The position numbers and the translations under genes were made by a program. 50,335 bases of DNA, from assembly GCA_944389645.1 (NCBI GenBank), contig CALXMZ010000033.1, positions 1 to 50,335 on the forward strand, in the 5' to 3' direction. The notes beneath the pieces are model-generated. The model made no database searches, was not told the DNA's origin, and saw only the letters and a list, made by a program, of their open reading frames with translations. Within the stretch, counting starts at the first letter, position 1; the number at the start of each line of letters is the position of its first letter. This DNA comes from an uncultured Alphaproteobacteria bacterium (GTDB lineage: Bacteria > Pseudomonadota > Alphaproteobacteria > Rs-D84). Below, in pieces: positions 47,249 to 50,335 of the stretch.

Positions 47249-48325
47249 ATGTTTAATAAGAAACTTATTTCTCGCCTTTTGGGCGCTGGTTTATTAATAT
47301 TTCCTTTGAATGTTAGTGCAGATAGGGGAGTGTTTGACATAGATCGTTGGTATGAAGTTATGGATAATATTCGTATTAAAGCGGCCAAACAGAATATTTC
47401 AAAAGATGTAGTAAATGCAACGTTTCGTTCACCGGCTTTTATCCCATCAATTATAAAAAGTGATAGAAATCAGTCAGAATTTAAATTGACTTTAGATGAT
47501 TATTTAAAAAGAACTGTAAGCTCTAAAAGAGTAAGTGAAGGGAAAAAAATGCGTGAAGTTTATCCTACGATGCTGTCAAAGGTGGAGCAGAAGTATGGTA
47601 TACAACCGCATGTAATTTTAGCTTTCTGGGGTTTGGAATCGAACTATGGTACATATAAGGCGGCGCATAAATTAACGGATGCATTTTTAACGTTAATTTA
47701 TGAAGGGAGACGAGAAAGTTTTTTTGAAGATCAACTACTTGCTTTAATGAAAATGGCTGATAAAAATGATTTAGATATAAACGATATTTATGGTAGTTGG
47801 GCCGGTGCTATGGGGCATTTTCAGTTTATTCCTACGACTTTGATGCAATACGGTGCTGACGGTAACGGTGACGGTAAAATAGATATTATTCATAGCGTGG
47901 GTGATGCAATGTTTAGTGCTGGGAACTATCTGAATAAACTTGGTTGGAATCCGAATGAAAAAATCGTTAGAAAAGTTGTTTTGCCGGCAGATTTTGACGT
48001 TGGTTTACTAGACGGTAAAACAAAGAAGACTTTGCAAGAGTGGGCAATGATGGGGGTTACAAATCCAGATGGAACCCCGATACCTATAACAGAGATGATG
48101 GCAGGATTAGTTGCTGATGTAAATGCTGTGTTTGAAAAGCGGGCCGAAATTGCTGCTGCAGCATCTGTAGATGATATAAACGTAAATTATATGGATACGG
48201 ATATCGCGCCGCTACCCGTCATAGAGGCATATTTAACATACCCCAATTTTTACCGTATTAAACGTTGGAATAGCTCTAATTGGTATGCAATAGCAATAGC
48301 AATGCTTGCTGATGAATTGAAATAA
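47249..48325 (+). CDS. Lytic murein transglycosylase (MltB/SLT_2 family)
   Basis: WGLESNYG, GSWAGAMGHFQFIPT, EF-hand-like DGNGDGKID and NF..IKRWNSSNWYA. Confidence 0.92.
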   Translation: MFNKKLISRLLGAGLLIFPLNVSADRGVFDIDRWYEVMDNIRIKAAKQNISKDVVNATFRSPAFIPSIIKSDRNQSEFKLTLDDYLKRTVSSKRVSEGKKMREVYPTMLSKVEQKYGIQPHVILAFWGLESNYGTYKAAHKLTDAFLTLIYEGRRESFFEDQLLALMKMADKNDLDINDIYGSWAGAMGHFQFIPTTLMQYGADGNGDGKIDIIHSVGDAMFSAGNYLNKLGWNPNEKIVRKVVLPADFDVGLLDGKTKKTLQEWAMMGVTNPDGTPIPITEMMAGLVADVNAVFEKRAEIAAAASVDDINVNYMDTDIAPLPVIEAYLTYPNFYRIKRWNSSNWYAIAIAMLADELK

Positions 48326-48412
48326 TGGTTCGTTTTTCCTAATAAAATAATTGATAAGGGTACTTTTCTTTGGTAATCTTGAAGTCATATACATTTATAT
48401 AAAGGATTCTTT

Positions 48413-49372
48413 ATGGCTATTAAAGTTCGAGATTATGAAGTTCGGTTAACCAGAAACAAAGAAGAAAGACGCCAAGTTCGTCAGTTACGTTACGATGTTT
48501 TCGTGGAAGAGGAAGGGGCTTCAGCTACAGAAGAACAGAGGAAATTAGAAGAAGAGTATGACGATTTTGATAGATTTTCAGAATATATGGCAGTTTTTCA
48601 TAAAGGTAAAATCGTTGGTACGTATAGAATTATAGATAGAAACGCTGCAGAAAAAATGGGGGGGTTCTATACAGAATCAGAGTTCAATATATCAAAAATA
48701 AAGCGTGCTTCTGGTAATATTGCAGAAATGTCTCGTGCATGCGTTGCTAAAGAATACCGTGAGGACGCATTAGTTATGCGAATGCTGTGGGCTGGGTTAG
48801 GTGAGTATGTTGTTCGAAGAAAAATAATAATATTGTTTGGTGTAGCGTCATGGGTTGGTGTAAAACCGGTACAATCTGCACAGGCAATTTCATATTTGTA
48901 TTACAACCATTTATCACCGTTAAGGTTAAGAGCAACTGTTTTATCAGAAAATTTTGCCGAAGGCGTTAACCAAAAACTATCACGTATGAATATTTTACCG
49001 CGTGATTTCATTGATGAAAATGATGCGCGTCATCAAATGACTCCTTTGATAAAGGGGTATCTGCGTTTAGGTGCTACTTTTGGGAAGGGGGTTTTTGTTG
49101 ATAAAGCATTTAATTCATATGACGTATTTGTTATGTTGCAGACGAAAAAAATAGATGCGGCATATCAGAAACATTTTTTAGGTAAAGAAAATGCATTAGC
49201 AAATTTGGATTCCAAAGATGGTAAAATTAAAACTTTGGGTAAAATAATGTTGTTCCCTGTAACTGGTTCTTTTAAGATAGTTCGGGCTTTCTTAGAATTT
49301 TTATTACGTGAAGACGCAGTAGATGCAGAGTACATAGAAGATGCAAAAGTTAATGAAGAGGACGATGATTAA
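48413..49372 (+). CDS. olsB: Ornithine N-acyltransferase OlsB-like GNAT protein
   Basis: LRYDVF.EE, DDFD, VGTYR, EMSRACV..YR and PLIKGYLRLGA; coupled to a PlsC-family gene. Confidence 0.8.
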   Translation: MAIKVRDYEVRLTRNKEERRQVRQLRYDVFVEEEGASATEEQRKLEEEYDDFDRFSEYMAVFHKGKIVGTYRIIDRNAAEKMGGFYTESEFNISKIKRASGNIAEMSRACVAKEYREDALVMRMLWAGLGEYVVRRKIIILFGVASWVGVKPVQSAQAISYLYYNHLSPLRLRATVLSENFAEGVNQKLSRMNILPRDFIDENDARHQMTPLIKGYLRLGATFGKGVFVDKAFNSYDVFVMLQTKKIDAAYQKHFLGKENALANLDSKDGKIKTLGKIMLFPVTGSFKIVRAFLEFLLREDAVDAEYIEDAKVNEEDDD

Positions 49373-50193
49373 TGATGGCTGTAAAGAAGCAGAATTTTTT
49401 TAATACGTTATTTGCCATTGTAAAGTTTGGGACTTTTTGGTTGTTAGTTATTTTACAATTACCGATAATATTTTTATTACCTCGTGGTCGTATATCTGTA
49501 TGGTATATGAAAGTGTTTATGAGTTTTCTTTTATGGCTTTCTGGTATAAAAATAATTGTACACGGGAAATTATCTGATCACAGACCATTAATGGTTGTTG
49601 CAAATCATATATCTATATTTGAAATTGCAACGTTTCCGGTTGCGTTTGGTGGAAGTTTTATTGCAAAGAAAGAAATGGAAAATTGGCCGTTAGTTGGATG
49701 GGTATCTCGTAAATTCGGAGTTGTTTTTGTGGATCGTCGCCCATCACATGCAAAAGATGCTTTGAAATTAGTGCAAGAAAGCGTCTCAAAAGTTAGCTAT
49801 CCGATGTTTTTGTTTCCAGAAGGTACGACAACTAATGGTGCGTATGTAAAGCAATTTAAAAGTACTTTATTTAATTTTGTTGAGAATTCGGATGTTGTCG
49901 TTCAGCCGATGGCTATGCATTATCGGTTTCGTGACGGTAGTTCTATTAGCGATGAAGATTTAGCAGAGCATTTTGCATATTTTAATAATTCTAATCAGGA
50001 TATGGGACCAAGTTGTTCTCGTGAACGTAGTGCATTTGGTCAAGTGTTTCATATTATGGTTTTAGGTGGTTTTAGGGTAGAGATAACTGTTATGCCTCCA
50101 CCGCCGCTGGCGGGAATGGATAGAAAGCAGATTGCAGAAACTCTGCACAAAATAGTTTCTGATAAATATATGGAATTAAAGAATAAAAATTAA
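49372..50193 (+). CDS. PlsC family acyltransferase, probably lyso-ornithine lipid acyltransferase OlsA
   Basis: ANHISIFE, FIAKKE, FVDR and FPEGTTTNG; overlaps the olsB stop codon. Confidence 0.85.
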   Translation: MMAVKKQNFFNTLFAIVKFGTFWLLVILQLPIIFLLPRGRISVWYMKVFMSFLLWLSGIKIIVHGKLSDHRPLMVVANHISIFEIATFPVAFGGSFIAKKEMENWPLVGWVSRKFGVVFVDRRPSHAKDALKLVQESVSKVSYPMFLFPEGTTTNGAYVKQFKSTLFNFVENSDVVVQPMAMHYRFRDGSSISDEDLAEHFAYFNNSNQDMGPSCSRERSAFGQVFHIMVLGGFRVEITVMPPPPLAGMDRKQIAETLHKIVSDKYMELKNKN

Positions 50194-50214
50194 AAAATAA
50201 AGAGAATAAAGATT

Positions 50215-50335
50215 ATGAAAACAGCGATAACACCGACGCGTGCGGAAAATTTTAGTGAATGGTATCAAAATTTAATTGTTGCAGCAGATTTGGCAGAAAA
50301 TTCACCTGTTCGTGGTTGTATGACAATTAAACCTT
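50215..50335 (+). CDS. proS: Proline--tRNA ligase, archaeal/eukaryotic-like type; N-terminal fragment only
   Basis: Read manually: [40 protein letters not shown]. Confidence 0.88.
   Translation, partial: MKTAITPTRAENFSEWYQNLIVAADLAENSPVRGCMTIKP

Noticed and set aside
1-50335. Full UGA-to-Trp genetic code reassignment
   Set aside because: Conserved genes translate intact with code 11, and RecR ends with TGA at its expected C-terminus in an ATGA overlap.

Overview
AT-rich chromosomal window from an alphaproteobacterium. The GapR/DUF2312 gene, alpha-type SPOR domains and olsBA support this; a small-genome gut lineage such as Rs-D84/'Ca. Enterousia' is plausible but unverified. Most of the window is housekeeping: comEC (partial), pyrG, gapR, pyk, a D,D-carboxypeptidase, recR-rsmA-kef, lspA-yidC, tRNA-Trp-secE-nusG-rplKAJL-rpoBC, rpmF-plsX, mraZ, a cardiolipin-synthase-type PLD, tRNA-Arg, fabH-ihfA, an M13 peptidase, hemW, an MltB-like transglycosylase, olsB-olsA and the start of proS. 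Several real genes are missing from the ORF track (comEC, secE, rpmF, a 48-aa ORF, proS). Four things stand out. (1) A stand-alone virB8-virB9-virB10 operon with its own promoter and terminator and no mobility genes; VirB9 carries a C-terminal SPOR domain and VirB10 carries an Ig-like insert and a long Cys-rich tail. (2) A 111-aa unknown gene divergent from an orphan mraZ; it ends in a tmRNA-tag-like peptide (ANDEESNKKFAKAA), has a GANTC site inside its promoter spacer and is bracketed by a 9-bp inverted repeat over its start codon. (3) A two-gene unknown unit preceded by three clustered YGAKTCG (CcrM/GcrA-type) sites. (4) A tRNA-Trp(CCA) with a 4-bp anticodon stem and A24. No CRISPR array, integrase, transposase or rRNA was seen.
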